Origin: Candidatus Aenigmatarchaeota archaeon
GTDB lineage: Archaea > Aenigmatarchaeota > Aenigmatarchaeia > CG10238-14
Direction: 5' to 3'
Assembly (NCBI GenBank): GCA_018920345.1
Contig: JAHLMN010000011.1
Coordinates: 1 to 51,644 of the forward strand
DNA length: 51,644 bases
Positions 29,949 to 40,186 of this stretch are shown one piece after another. The notes below the pieces were generated by a model. The model was not told where the DNA came from and ran no database searches. It worked only from the letters and a program-made list of their open reading frames with translations. How positions within the stretch are numbered: position 1 is the first letter of the stretch; each line of letters begins with the position of its first letter. The position numbers and the translations under genes are program-made.

Positions 29949-30632
29949 CTATTCTATTAAATTAAATAAAGATCCTTCAGCTAAACCATCTTTCAAAGTG
30001 ATAATACCAAAATAACCTTCAGCAAATCTACCAGGATTCAATAATAATGTTTTGTTTATATAATCTATACCTCTTGCTTCATGTATATGAGCAGATATAG
30101 AAGCTGTAGGAGAATATTTTTCAATAAAATTTCTTATTATTTGAGAACCTACATGCATCCCTGTTAAGGTTATGTCTAATTTTGTATTAATAGGAGGATT
30201 ATGTGTTACTTGAATTTTTTTGTCCACATTCATTACTTGTATAAAACTTCTTTCTAAACCTTTTTTTAGCTCTTCATCAGAAGGTTCATATAAAGTATTA
30301 AAAGGTGTTTTTGCACCACCAAAACCATAAAAACCTACACCATTAATTATTTTACCTGTACCATGTATACTTATATTTTCTTTTTCCAACAATTTTATTA
30401 CTTCCTGGCTATCATTATTTCCTGGTATTGCTACTATAGGTTTTTTTAATGTTTTTAATTCTTCTATTAATAATTTTGCTATATCCTCTTGAGAAAAACC
30501 TTTAGGCAAACCAATATCAGTGAAATCACCTGCATATACAATAACATCAAATTCATAATCCTTCAATCTATCTAAAAAAGTAAACATATTTTCCAAATCA
30601 TTATGATTATCACTTAATACAAGTATTTTCAT
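29949..30632 (-). CDS. Calcineurin-like metallophosphoesterase (Icc-related)
   Basis: SDNH, GDFTD, PGNND, THNPP, HVGS, AHIHE, NPG. Confidence 0.9.
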   Translation of the reverse strand: MKILVLSDNHNDLENMFTFLDRLKDYEFDVIVYAGDFTDIGLPKGFSQEDIAKLLIEELKTLKKPIVAIPGNNDSQEVIKLLEKENISIHGTGKIINGVGFYGFGGAKTPFNTLYEPSDEELKKGLERSFIQVMNVDKKIQVTHNPPINTKLDITLTGMHVGSQIIRNFIEKYSPTASISAHIHEARGIDYINKTLLLNPGRFAEGYFGIITLKDGLAEGSLFNLIE

Positions 30633-30937
30633 TCTATCACCTTGTTTTTTATTTCAAATCCTTTACCTTTTGTTTTTATCCAAACCTCTACAGGTATTTT
30701 ATGTTCTTTTGCCAGTTCATCTATACATTTAAACTGAATTTTTTCTCTTGGTTTAATATAAAACTTATCTTTTCTTGTACCTTTAACTTCAACTATTTTT
30801 TCTATTTTATTTTCATTTGGGGACAATATAATAAAATCTGCTGATTGACCTATAGCTAATTTTATGACATTCTGTTTGCCATACATCTCTATTAGTTTTT
30901 GTTTAGCCAAGTATTCGTATCTATATCCTTTGTGCAT
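30629..30937 (-). CDS. hjc: Hjc-like PD-(D/E)XK Holliday junction resolvase/nuclease
   Basis: KGYRYE, ADFII, VEVK. Confidence 0.65.
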   Translation of the reverse strand: MHKGYRYEYLAKQKLIEMYGKQNVIKLAIGQSADFIILSPNENKIEKIVEVKGTRKDKFYIKPREKIQFKCIDELAKEHKIPVEVWIKTKGKGFEIKNKVIE

Positions 30938-30988
30938 TTAAACCTAATCTTTAATTATTAAATTAGATATATTAAAAATAGTGATAAA

Positions 30989-31525
30989 ATGAAGGTAAAG
31001 ATACCTGTAAAGAAGATGATGATAAAAAAACCTTTGACAGCAAAGACAACAGATACAGTTATGGAAGTTGCTAAAAAAATGGCAGAAAATAGAGTAGGCT
31101 CAGCAGTAATAGAAGAAAACGGTAATCCTATAGGTATAATTACAGAAACAGATTTGACAAAAAAAATAGTCGCATTAGGCAAAGATCCATCTAAAATAAA
31201 AGCAGAAGATATAATGAGTACACCAATAGTTTTTGTAACTCCTGAAGATGATTATACAATAGCAGTTGAAAAGATGAAGAAACATAAAATAAAGAGACTT
31301 CCTGTTATAGAAAATGGTAAGGTCGTAGGTATAGTTACGTCTACAGATATAGCAAGGACAGTTCCAGATTTCATAGAAATATTAAAAGAAAGAATTAACA
31401 TGAAAATGTCAAAACCATTAATAGAAAACGCAATAACATCAGGTATTTGTGAAGTTTGCGGAAACTACTCTGAATTTCTTGTTTATGAAGATGAACAATG
31501 GGTTTGCGAAAGCTGCAGAGATTAA
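30989..31525 (+). CDS. CBS-pair protein with C-terminal zinc ribbon
   Basis: GIITETD, KRLPVI, GIVTSTD; CEVC...CESC. Confidence 0.9.
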   Translation: MKVKIPVKKMMIKKPLTAKTTDTVMEVAKKMAENRVGSAVIEENGNPIGIITETDLTKKIVALGKDPSKIKAEDIMSTPIVFVTPEDDYTIAVEKMKKHKIKRLPVIENGKVVGIVTSTDIARTVPDFIEILKERINMKMSKPLIENAITSGICEVCGNYSEFLVYEDEQWVCESCRD

Positions 31526-31552
31526 TTTAAATTAAAAATTTAATTTTTTATT

Positions 31553-32350
31553 ATGATAGAAATAAAGGATTCAATTTTAGACGAATCTGTAAAAAAATTT
31601 TTTACAAAAAATCCTGTTTGTGTTGATAAAAATTTTACAATATTAGATACATCAAAAAAAATAATAGAAACTGGTCATAGAAGAATTCCTATAATAAAAA
31701 AAGAAGGACTTTTTAAAAGAAAAAAAGTTTTTGGTATTATAACAGCAATGGATATACTTGATGCTTATTTGAGAAATACAAACTTTCAAAGTAAAATAGA
31801 AGATATAATGGTGAGAGATTTTATATTTTGCTATGAGAATGATAGAATGAAAAATGTTATAAAAAAATTTCAATTTTCAAGAAGAGGAGGATTTCCTGTT
31901 TTAAATAAAAAAAATGAAATTGTTGGAATAATAACAGAAAAAGATATTGTAAATATTTTGAAAGATGTTTCAATAGAAATTCCTATAAAAAATTTTATGA
32001 CGCATAAACCGTTTTTTATAAAAGAAGGAAGTTTTGTTAATTCTTTAAAAATTCTTGTTAATACAAGATATAGAAAACTTCCTGTTATGAATTCTAACAA
32101 TGAATTTTTAGGTTTGTTTATAGAGAGAATATGTTTAAAAACAATTATTGAAAACAAAAATATCGAAAAATTAAAAAACACTGATGTTTGTTTAAAAAAC
32201 ATAGTGAAATTAAATGAAGAACAAAAAATTGAAGAAGCGATAAATTTAATGCTAGAAAAAAATATTGGTGGAATACCTATTTTTAAAGATGAAAAACTTA
32301 CGGGTTTTTTAACAGAGAGAGATATAATCGAAAAAATAAAAATTACATAG
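31553..32350 (+). CDS. Tandem CBS-domain protein (4 CBS)
   Basis: RRIPII, GIITAMD, GIITEKD, RKLPV, GFLTERD. Confidence 0.88.
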   Translation: MIEIKDSILDESVKKFFTKNPVCVDKNFTILDTSKKIIETGHRRIPIIKKEGLFKRKKVFGIITAMDILDAYLRNTNFQSKIEDIMVRDFIFCYENDRMKNVIKKFQFSRRGGFPVLNKKNEIVGIITEKDIVNILKDVSIEIPIKNFMTHKPFFIKEGSFVNSLKILVNTRYRKLPVMNSNNEFLGLFIERICLKTIIENKNIEKLKNTDVCLKNIVKLNEEQKIEEAINLMLEKNIGGIPIFKDEKLTGFLTERDIIEKIKIT

Positions 32351-33218
32351 ATCTCAAAATTCTTATTCTTTCTTCTATTGGTGGATGTGTTGCAAATAAA
32401 GAATCTAAATTTGTTGATTTAGGATCTACAAAAAATAAATGTGAAACAGCTTCACTTACGTGCAAATTACCTTTATTGTTTTTCATTATTTTTTCTAAAG
32501 CACTAGCCAAACCTTCTGGATATCTAGTTAATTTTGCACTAGTCGCATCTGCCAAATATTCTCTTTTTCTGGAAATTGCTAGTTGTACCAATCTAACTAT
32601 TATTGGAGCTATAATTGCAAATAATAAACCTATTATTATTAAAATTCCGTTATTTTTTTTAGAGTCAGAATATTTCAAACTTCTCAAAAACATATCACTC
32701 AATAAAACAACAAGGCCAACTAATGTTGCTACAAGCATGGAAAATCTTATATCATAATTTGCTATATGAGAAATTTCATGACCTATCACACCTGATAATT
32801 CATCTCTATTTAATTTTTCCAATAAACCAGTTGTTATAGCTATACTGCTATTTTTCGGATCTTTTCCTGTTGCAAAAGCATTCATTTCAGAACTTTCTAT
32901 AATATATACTTTTGGTTTTGGTATACCAGCAGCTATTGATAATTCTTCAACTACATTATTTAATTGCAAATATTTTTTTTTAGCCTCTTTAGCACCAACC
33001 GAACTAAGAATTATTTTATCACCATAAGACCAGTTTATTATAACATAAATGATAGTAAAAAACAATCCTAAAATAATTAAAGAATTTCTATATAAAGGAT
33101 CAAAAAATAAACTAATAATATAAAAAATAAATAAAAGACAAGAAAAAACAAGAAAAGTCAAAAACAAAGACTTTCTTTTATTTTTTTCTATTTCATCATG
33201 GAAGCTTAATTTAGCCAT
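32343..33218 (-). CDS. htpX: Zn-dependent membrane protease HtpX (M48)
   Basis: NAFATG, GHEISH (HExxH), SRKREYLAD, THPP. Confidence 0.93.
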   Translation of the reverse strand: MAKLSFHDEIEKNKRKSLFLTFLVFSCLLFIFYIISLFFDPLYRNSLIILGLFFTIIYVIINWSYGDKIILSSVGAKEAKKKYLQLNNVVEELSIAAGIPKPKVYIIESSEMNAFATGKDPKNSSIAITTGLLEKLNRDELSGVIGHEISHIANYDIRFSMLVATLVGLVVLLSDMFLRSLKYSDSKKNNGILIIIGLLFAIIAPIIVRLVQLAISRKREYLADATSAKLTRYPEGLASALEKIMKNNKGNLHVSEAVSHLFFVDPKSTNLDSLFATHPPIEERIRILRSM

Positions 33219-33769
33219 TAAAATTCTACCTTAACTGGCTTTCTTTCAGCTTCCTCTATTTGGAAATATTCTCTTGTTTTTGGTTTACCTGATAATCCAA
33301 CAAACCACATGCCTGGTATAGTAGTTGTCATATTGTTGTATTCCAAAACAGAATCATTGTAAAACTGTCTTGCATAAGCAATTTTGTTTTCTATTGATTC
33401 TAACTGCTCTTGTAACATTTTAAAATTTTCACTTGCTTTTAATTTAGGATAATTTTCTGAAAGTGCAAAAATTGTTTTTAATGCAGCTGTTAGTTGAGCT
33501 TCAGCTTTTGCTCTAGCTTTTATGTCAGTGCCTACTTTCATCATTTCTTCTCTCGCTTTTGTTACCATTTCTATAGCCTTTCTTTCATGTTTCATATAAC
33601 CTTTTACTGTTTCTATCAAATTTGGTACAAGATCAGCTCTTTTCTTTAGTTGAACATCAATTTGTGACCAGGCATTATCTATTCTGTTGGATAGCACAAT
33701 TATTCTATTTATGTAAAATATTGGTACTAGTATTACTAGCAACAACAAAGCTATTAGCAATACTATCAA
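33218..33769 (-). CDS. lemA: LemA family protein
   Basis: NAWSQIDVQLKKRADLVPNL, ENYPKLKAS, ENKIAYARQFYND. Confidence 0.95.
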   Translation of the reverse strand: MIVLLIALLLLVILVPIFYINRIIVLSNRIDNAWSQIDVQLKKRADLVPNLIETVKGYMKHERKAIEMVTKAREEMMKVGTDIKARAKAEAQLTAALKTIFALSENYPKLKASENFKMLQEQLESIENKIAYARQFYNDSVLEYNNMTTTIPGMWFVGLSGKPKTREYFQIEEAERKPVKVEF

Positions 33770-33838
33770 TTTATCACCCTATAAAATATAGATTTTACAA
33801 TTTAAACATTTATTTATTAGAAAAAAGAAAAAAATGCT

Positions 33839-34858
33839 ATGGAACCTAAAATCTATTTTGATGGAAACATAAATATAGAATTTGAAAATAAAAAAATAGC
33901 TCTAGATCCAGAAAATTCTACAAATGCAGATTTAATTTTTATATCTCATGCTCATTTAGATCATACACCAAATTTAGAGACAGTAATACCAAAAATATGT
34001 ACAAAAGCAACTAAAGATTTAATTCAACATAGAAAAGGAATGGATATGATAAATACAATAAATTTTGATTCTTTTGATATAAATGGAATTCATATGAAAC
34101 AATTAAATTCTGGTCATGTAACTGGTTCTACATCTTTGTTGATCGAAATAAAAAACAAAAAAATATTTTATACGGGTGATATATGTGATAAGCATAGATT
34201 TCATTTGAAAGCAGCTGAAATTCCAAAAAGTGACATAATGATTATTGAATCAACTTTTGGAAAAGAAGAGTATCAATTTCCAAACATATCAGACACTATT
34301 GATAAAAGTATAAAATGGATAAAAGAGCAATTAGAATCAAAAAATTCAGTTGCTTTGATGGGATACCCTTTAGGAAAAGCTCAAATAATATCTAAGATAA
34401 CAGAAAATTTTAATATCCCAATAATAGTTCACAATTCAATATATCATATAAATGAAATTTGCAAAAAATATGGTTTTAATGGAAATGGATATTTACCTAT
34501 ATCAGATTTTTTAGATATTTTAAAAAAAGAACAATTTATCGGCATTTTTCCTTGTTCAAGCAAACATGTAATGTCTGTTAAATCAATAGATAGTAAATAC
34601 CCAATAAAAACAGCAGCATTTAGTGGTTGGGCTATAGATCAAAATTATAAAAATGAATTGGGGGTTGACGAAGCATTCGTCTTAAGCGATCATGCTGATT
34701 TTAATGGACTTTTAAAAATTGTGAAACAATCTTATCCAGAAAAAGTTTATACATTTCATGGTTTTGAAATTGAAATGGCAGAAAATATAAAAGATAGACT
34801 TGGAATAGAAGCAAGACCGTTAACAGAAAAAAGAGGAAATTTATCTGATTTTATCTGA
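33839..34858 (+). CDS. Metallo-beta-lactamase/beta-CASP nuclease
   Basis: SHAHLDH, SGHVTGS, YTGD, IESTFG, LSDHAD, FHG; C-terminal PIP-like NLSDFI. Confidence 0.9.
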   Translation: MEPKIYFDGNINIEFENKKIALDPENSTNADLIFISHAHLDHTPNLETVIPKICTKATKDLIQHRKGMDMINTINFDSFDINGIHMKQLNSGHVTGSTSLLIEIKNKKIFYTGDICDKHRFHLKAAEIPKSDIMIIESTFGKEEYQFPNISDTIDKSIKWIKEQLESKNSVALMGYPLGKAQIISKITENFNIPIIVHNSIYHINEICKKYGFNGNGYLPISDFLDILKKEQFIGIFPCSSKHVMSVKSIDSKYPIKTAAFSGWAIDQNYKNELGVDEAFVLSDHADFNGLLKIVKQSYPEKVYTFHGFEIEMAENIKDRLGIEARPLTEKRGNLSDFI

Positions 34859-35038
34859 AAGCTTGTAAATTACGAATATAAACAAAAGATATAAAATTCC
34901 TGTTGATATAGAAAGATAACTTATAGAAGTATTTATACTTTCAGGTGTTTTTAGAAAGAACAATATCATTAAACTTATTATAATTAAAGATATTCCTATT
35001 ATACCTAATAATATCAGCATGAAATTTATGAACTTCAT
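34841..35038 (-). CDS. Small two-TM membrane protein
   Basis: Two hydrophobic segments; ATGA coupling to the upstream zinc-finger ORF. Confidence 0.6.
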   Translation of the reverse strand: MKFINFMLILLGIIGISLIIISLMILFFLKTPESINTSISYLSISTGILYLLFIFVIYKLSDKIR

Positions 35039-35202
35039 TTTACTCTTACCTTTTTTATATTTTTATTTGAAGTTTTACTCTCTTTTCTTAAAGCAGCTCT
35101 ACATTCTTTACATAAGGGAGCTCTAAAACCTAACCAAGTAACTCTTACTAACCTACCAACTTCTTTTATAGATCTTCCACATCTACTACATTTTTTTTGC
35201 AT
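35035..35202 (-). CDS. 55-aa basic zinc-finger protein (not in the ORF track)
   Basis: MQKKCSRCGRSIKEVGRLVRVTWLGFRAPLCKECRAALRKESKTSNKNIKKVRVK; SD GAGGT upstream. Confidence 0.7.
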   Translation of the reverse strand: MQKKCSRCGRSIKEVGRLVRVTWLGFRAPLCKECRAALRKESKTSNKNIKKVRVK

Positions 35203-35265
35203 AAAATACCTCTAATAAATGATGTACTTTATAAATAATAAATATTTACGAATAAAATATTTTTT

Positions 35266-36408
35266 ATGCAAATTTTCTTTGAAAAAACAAAATCATTTAT
35301 AAATAATATAGAAATAGTTGAAAGGAAAGGTATAGGTCATCCTGATAGTGTTATAGATGGTATATGTGAAGCTGCTTCAAGAGAGTTATCTAAATTCTAT
35401 ATGGATGAAAAAGGTTTTATATTACATCATAATTTGGATAAAGGATTAATAGTAGGTGGTGTTGCACAACCTGTTTTTGGTGGTGGAAAAATTATACAAC
35501 CACCTGAAGTTATAGTCGCAGGAACTGCAAGCATAATAAAAAATATTGATGATATAAGAAAATTGCTTTATGATTCGACAATAGAATATATAGAAAAAAC
35601 AATAATTAATGCTGAAAAATTATCACCAGAAATAAAAATAAAAATTCATCCTGGGTCGACAGATTTAGTAACTCTTTATCAAAGTTTTAGTAATGGAGAC
35701 ATACCTTTAGCTAATGATACATCTTTTGGTGTAGGTTTTTATCCACTCACTAAATTGGAGAAAATGATTTTAGATGTTGAAAAATTTTTAAATGATAAAT
35801 CTTTTAAAAAGAAAAATAGATTTTTGGGAGAAGATATAAAAGTTATGGGAGTAAGAAATGATAGAGAAATAAATATTACTGTTGCAGCCGCATTTGTTTC
35901 TGAATTTGTACATAACAAAGAAGATTATTATGACAAAAAGATGAAAATAAAAGAAAAACTAGAGAAAAATTTTGATGTAAAAATTTCAATAAATACAGCG
36001 GATTCTGGAGAAAATATATATTTGACTGTAAGTGGTGTTTCATGGGAGAATGGAGATGATGGCCAAGTTGGAAGAGGAAATAGATGCAATGGTTTAATAA
36101 CACCATTTAGATTCACTTCTTTAGAAGCAGTTGCTGGAAAAAACCCTGTCTCTCATGTTGGAAAAATTTATAATCTTTTAGCAACAGAACTTTCAAAAGA
36201 AATATATGAAGAACTTAAAATTGAAAATGAAATAATTCTATTATCTCAAATAGGAAGGCCAATAGACGAGCCTTTTGTTGGAGTAAGATATGTATCAGAA
36301 AAGTCAAAAGAGAAAGAAATAAAAAACTTTTTGATAAATAATATTGAAAGATCAAGGTTTTCGGAATTAACAGAAAAAATATTAAAAGGTGAATTAAAAG
36401 TATTTTGA
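35266..36408 (+). CDS. mat: Archaeal S-adenosylmethionine synthetase
   Basis: EIVERKGIGHPD, HHNLDK, ANDTSFGVG, GEDIKVMG, GDDGQVGRGNR, GKNPVSHVGKIYN. Confidence 0.95.
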   Translation: MQIFFEKTKSFINNIEIVERKGIGHPDSVIDGICEAASRELSKFYMDEKGFILHHNLDKGLIVGGVAQPVFGGGKIIQPPEVIVAGTASIIKNIDDIRKLLYDSTIEYIEKTIINAEKLSPEIKIKIHPGSTDLVTLYQSFSNGDIPLANDTSFGVGFYPLTKLEKMILDVEKFLNDKSFKKKNRFLGEDIKVMGVRNDREINITVAAAFVSEFVHNKEDYYDKKMKIKEKLEKNFDVKISINTADSGENIYLTVSGVSWENGDDGQVGRGNRCNGLITPFRFTSLEAVAGKNPVSHVGKIYNLLATELSKEIYEELKIENEIILLSQIGRPIDEPFVGVRYVSEKSKEKEIKNFLINNIERSRFSELTEKILKGELKVF

Positions 36409-36417
36409 GTGAATATT

Positions 36418-36912
36418 ATGGATTTGATATTTCATGTTATTTTAGGTTTATTTTTATCAAAAATTTTTATCGGGCACTATAGCCTATTAGTTGTAATTTT
36501 TTCTATTCTTCCTGATATAATAGGTGCTTTGCCTTATGAAATAAATAAATTTTATTTAACTTTAAAATATAAAGGAAATAAGATAAAAAAATACATTTCA
36601 TATACAAAAAGAACTAAAGTATTTCATAATTATCAAAAAATTATTTATAAAAGTACTCACAATCTATTCGCTCTTTTATTGTTTTTATTTGTTGCAAAAA
36701 TTTTCTTTCCAGATATTTATATTGTTCTTTTTTTAGCATATTTTTTGCATTTATTTTTTGATTCTTATACACATGAAGGAGATTTTGCAATGCAACCATT
36801 TTACCCATTTAAACTAACAGTTAAAGGAAGAAGTTGGGCTTTAAATAAGAAAATTGTTTTGTTAAACTGGTCTTTACTTATTATTGGTATAGTTTATTTT
36901 AGTTTAAAGTGA
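36418..36912 (+). CDS. Membrane-bound metal-dependent hydrolase (YdjM-like)
   Basis: H near the N-terminus, LPD, THN, HLFFD..TH, PFYP. Confidence 0.75.
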   Translation: MDLIFHVILGLFLSKIFIGHYSLLVVIFSILPDIIGALPYEINKFYLTLKYKGNKIKKYISYTKRTKVFHNYQKIIYKSTHNLFALLLFLFVAKIFFPDIYIVLFLAYFLHLFFDSYTHEGDFAMQPFYPFKLTVKGRSWALNKKIVLLNWSLLIIGIVYFSLK

Positions 36913-36952
36913 ATACTATTGTTATTTAAACATAATATACTTACTTTAAATA

Positions 36953-38008
36953 ATGAAATGCTATATATTGACTACACCAATAGGTATTTTTGCTTTAGAC
37001 GAAAACAAGAAAATAATAGATAAAATTATATTTGGAAAAAATCCTAAGAAAGTTGCTTCTATTTTGAATTCAAAAGAACTTACAGAGGAAGAATTAAATT
37101 TAATAAAAAGATTGAAGGATAAAGGGTTTGACAGATTTGTTTTAGGAAAAAAAATAAATAACTATGATTATGAAGAAAATAATATTGTAGAAAGAGATTT
37201 GAGAAAAAAAATAAGAAGTTTGGCAAAGGAATATTTTGATGATTTGAGTTTTAATGAATTTTTAACAGAAGTTGGTATAGAATTAACAAAAATTAGAATA
37301 AAAACGAATGTTAAGAAAGATAGAATAGTAATGGAAGTTATAGATGCTATTGATGAAATAGATAAATCACTAAATGTATACATAGCTAGATTAAGAGAAT
37401 GGTATGGTTTACATTTCCCTGAATTAGAGCAAAATGTTAGTAAACATGAAAAATTTGTAAAATTAATAGCAACTTATGGTTTAAGAAACAACATAAAAGA
37501 AAAAGATTTTCTAGATTTGGCAAGAGAAAGTATGGGAATAGAATTAAATGAAAAAGATGAAGAAATTTTAAAAGAGTATTCATCTTTGATATTAAGTTTG
37601 TATAAATTAAGAGAGAACATGGAAAAATATCTTGAAAATGTTTTAAAAGAATTTGCCCCAAATTTTTCTGCAATAGCAGGACCTTTATTGGCAGCAAGAT
37701 TAATTAATTTGGCAGGAGGGTTTGATAAATTAGCTAAAAAACCATCTTCAACAATACAGTTGCTAGGTGCTGAGAAGGCTTTATTCAGATATTTACACGG
37801 TCAAGGAAGATCACCAAAACATGGTGTTTTATTTACACACAACCTAATACAGCAAGCACCTCAAAGTAAAAGAGGAAAGGTTGCAAGAATAATTGCTTCA
37901 AAATTAAGTATAGCAATAAAAATGGATTATTATGGAAGTGAAGATAAATCAGAAGAATTGAAAAAGGAATTAAAAGAAAGAATTGATAAAATTTTGAGAG
38001 AGGGTTAA
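36953..38008 (+). CDS. nop5: C/D sRNP protein Nop5 (Nop56/58)
   Basis: RLREWYGLHFPEL, APN, PSSTIQLLGAEKALF, PKHG. Confidence 0.95.
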   Translation: MKCYILTTPIGIFALDENKKIIDKIIFGKNPKKVASILNSKELTEEELNLIKRLKDKGFDRFVLGKKINNYDYEENNIVERDLRKKIRSLAKEYFDDLSFNEFLTEVGIELTKIRIKTNVKKDRIVMEVIDAIDEIDKSLNVYIARLREWYGLHFPELEQNVSKHEKFVKLIATYGLRNNIKEKDFLDLARESMGIELNEKDEEILKEYSSLILSLYKLRENMEKYLENVLKEFAPNFSAIAGPLLAARLINLAGGFDKLAKKPSSTIQLLGAEKALFRYLHGQGRSPKHGVLFTHNLIQQAPQSKRGKVARIIASKLSIAIKMDYYGSEDKSEELKKELKERIDKILREG

Positions 38009-38010
38009 AA

Positions 38011-38682
38011 ATGAGTAAAAACAAAAATAGAAAACAGTTTGAAAACATTTTTTGGATCAAAGACAAGTTGGCTACACAAAATTTAATTCCAGGAAAAAAT
38101 GTTTATGGTGAAAGATTAATAAAAAAAGATAATGTAGAATTTAGATTGTGGAATCCAACAAGATCAAAACCAGCTGCAGCATTATATAAGGGTTTGAATA
38201 ATTTTCCAATAAATAAAAAAAGTAAAATATTATATTTGGGTATAGCTTCTGGTACCACATCTAGTCACTTTAGCGATATAATAGGTAGAGAAGGAATAAT
38301 TTATGGTATAGAAATATCTGAAAGAGTACTAAGAGAGATTTTGCCATTAGCTAAAGAAAGAAAAAATATAATGCCAATATTAGCAGACGCAAGAATGCCA
38401 GAAGAATATTCTTGGATAGAAGAAGTAGATATAGTTTATGCTGATGTTGCGATACCTGATATGTCTGAGGTTTTGATAAGAAATAGTAAATTTTTCTTGA
38501 AAGACAATGGTTATGCAATGATTGCAATAAAATCGAGAAGTATAGATGTTTCTAAAAAACCCCAACAGGTATATAAGGAGGAGAGGGATAAGCTTGAAAA
38601 ATATTTTAATGTTTTAGATTTTGTAATTCTAGACCCATTTGAGAAAGATCATGGTTTTTTTGTTTTAAAGAAAAAAAGTTAA
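38011..38682 (+). CDS. flpA: Fibrillarin-like rRNA/tRNA 2'-O-methyltransferase
   Basis: VYGE, WNPTRSK, LYLGIASGTTSSH, IKSRSID, LDPFEKDH. Confidence 0.95.
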   Translation: MSKNKNRKQFENIFWIKDKLATQNLIPGKNVYGERLIKKDNVEFRLWNPTRSKPAAALYKGLNNFPINKKSKILYLGIASGTTSSHFSDIIGREGIIYGIEISERVLREILPLAKERKNIMPILADARMPEEYSWIEEVDIVYADVAIPDMSEVLIRNSKFFLKDNGYAMIAIKSRSIDVSKKPQQVYKEERDKLEKYFNVLDFVILDPFEKDHGFFVLKKKS

Positions 38683-38753
38683 AAGGTTTTATACACCCAA
38701 AAATTAAATTACCCTTTTTAAAGGACAATTTTTGTCTTATTTTACCTCTGTCC

Positions 38754-38957
38754 TCAAACAGATAATTTTCCAACAATATCATGCTTTCCAAACCAACCAC
38801 CTCTATAGTATTCAGCAAACTCGCTCAATTTCTTTTGAGTTAATTGAACTTCTTCCAACAATATTGATTCATGACAAGATCTGCAAAAAGCCCTTCTATT
38901 TCCAAAAAAATCTAAGAATGTAACAACTCTTTGCGAATGGCATCTTGTACATTTCAT
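38754..38957 (-). CDS. Small zinc-ribbon protein with PIP-box-like motif
   Basis: CTRC...CRSC; QKKLSEF; SD AGGTG before ATG 38957. Confidence 0.7.
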   Translation of the reverse strand: MKCTRCHSQRVVTFLDFFGNRRAFCRSCHESILLEEVQLTQKKLSEFAEYYRGGWFGKHDIVGKLSV

Positions 38958-39058
38958 TTCTAACACCTTAACAAGAAATAGATTATATATTTACTTGGGT
39001 TGCTAAACTCTAGAGTTTTTGTGAAAAACGAAAAATCGAATTTTCCTACCTTTTTAAG

Positions 39059-40186
39059 TTAAATAGAGTCTAAAAATATCTTAAAGAAACTGTTTAATTG
39101 ATTTTTTTGCAAACTAACACCAACAGCAGACTTGTGACCACCCCCCTTAATAGAAGGCATCTTCTCTTTTATTTTATTCAATACTTCTACAAGATTCACG
39201 TTTCTTCTTGTCTGCTCCAATCTTATACTAATTTTTTTATTTTGTGACCCATACTCTCTTCCAACAACACAAATTATCCAATCAGGATATCTTTGTCTAA
39301 GCTTATCTGAAGCAAATGACGTTAATGAATTTATTTTGCTAAATTTTGCTTCATAAACAATAACTTTTTTTGCTTCATAAAATTTCCCATTTTTTAACAC
39401 ATCTTGTAAAATTTTATCAGTTTCTTTTTCAATATTTTCATAAAATTTTCTAAGAGTATAGGAATTTGTGGAAAGACCATTTATAAATTTTTGAGGATCA
39501 TCAAAACATTCTATCAAAGCTTGAACAGCAATTTTTGCACCTTCGTTTCTTTTAATCATTCTACCCGATCTTACCATATCCCATAATTCGCCAAATATGG
39601 ATTTCTCCACATTTTCTTGATTAATATTTTTTTCGTTAAAAAGAGTAGGATAGTCTTTTGAAACTTCTAAAAAAACATCTTTACAAATCTCAACTCTATG
39701 ATCTTCTGTTATACCTATAGCAGCAATCCAAGCTATTTTGTCATTTGGAAAAAACGATTTGTAGAGTTTGTAAATCATACATGATGTAGGCGGAACTTTG
39801 TCGTCAATATTTTCAAAAGATCTAGGATTTATATATATCATATTTTCTTTACTTTCTATATTTTGTACATGATGATCAAGTACAAAACCATTAAATATTC
39901 CTAGTTTTTTTGGCTCTATAGAAATATCTAAGGTAAAAACAAAATCAGGATTTACTGTTTTTAATTTGCTTAATAAGTTTCTTGAAAGATTATTCGGCCC
40001 TCTTATTGGAAATAGATCAGGAAATTGATTTGTTAACTTGAATAAAAGCATAGATAATAAAGCTGCAGATGTACAACCATCAGCATCGTCATGATGAATT
40101 ATGCAAACCTTATCTCCACTTTTAACATTTTGTATCTTATTTTTTAATAAAAAAACAAGGTCATCTATATTTTTCAGATCATTCAC
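39059..40186 (-). CDS. DHH/DHHA1 phosphoesterase (RecJ-like)
   Basis: HHDDADG, TLD, LDHH, GGGHKSAVG. Confidence 0.88.
   Translation of the reverse strand: MNDLKNIDDLVFLLKNKIQNVKSGDKVCIIHHDDADGCTSAALLSMLLFKLTNQFPDLFPIRGPNNLSRNLLSKLKTVNPDFVFTLDISIEPKKLGIFNGFVLDHHVQNIESKENMIYINPRSFENIDDKVPPTSCMIYKLYKSFFPNDKIAWIAAIGITEDHRVEICKDVFLEVSKDYPTLFNEKNINQENVEKSIFGELWDMVRSGRMIKRNEGAKIAVQALIECFDDPQKFINGLSTNSYTLRKFYENIEKETDKILQDVLKNGKFYEAKKVIVYEAKFSKINSLTSFASDKLRQRYPDWIICVVGREYGSQNKKISIRLEQTRRNVNLVEVLNKIKEKMPSIKGGGHKSAVGVSLQKNQLNSFFKIFLDSI

Noticed and set aside
29949-30632. Metallophosphoesterase as the missing catalytic half of the dead DP1
   Set aside because: It is a complete stand-alone Icc-like enzyme (HNPP, HVGS motifs), lacks DP1-specific segments and is separated from the operon by oriC.
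36953-38682. C/D box sRNA near nop5/fibrillarin
   Set aside because: No convincing RUGAUGA...CUGA box set was seen in the neighbouring intergenic regions.
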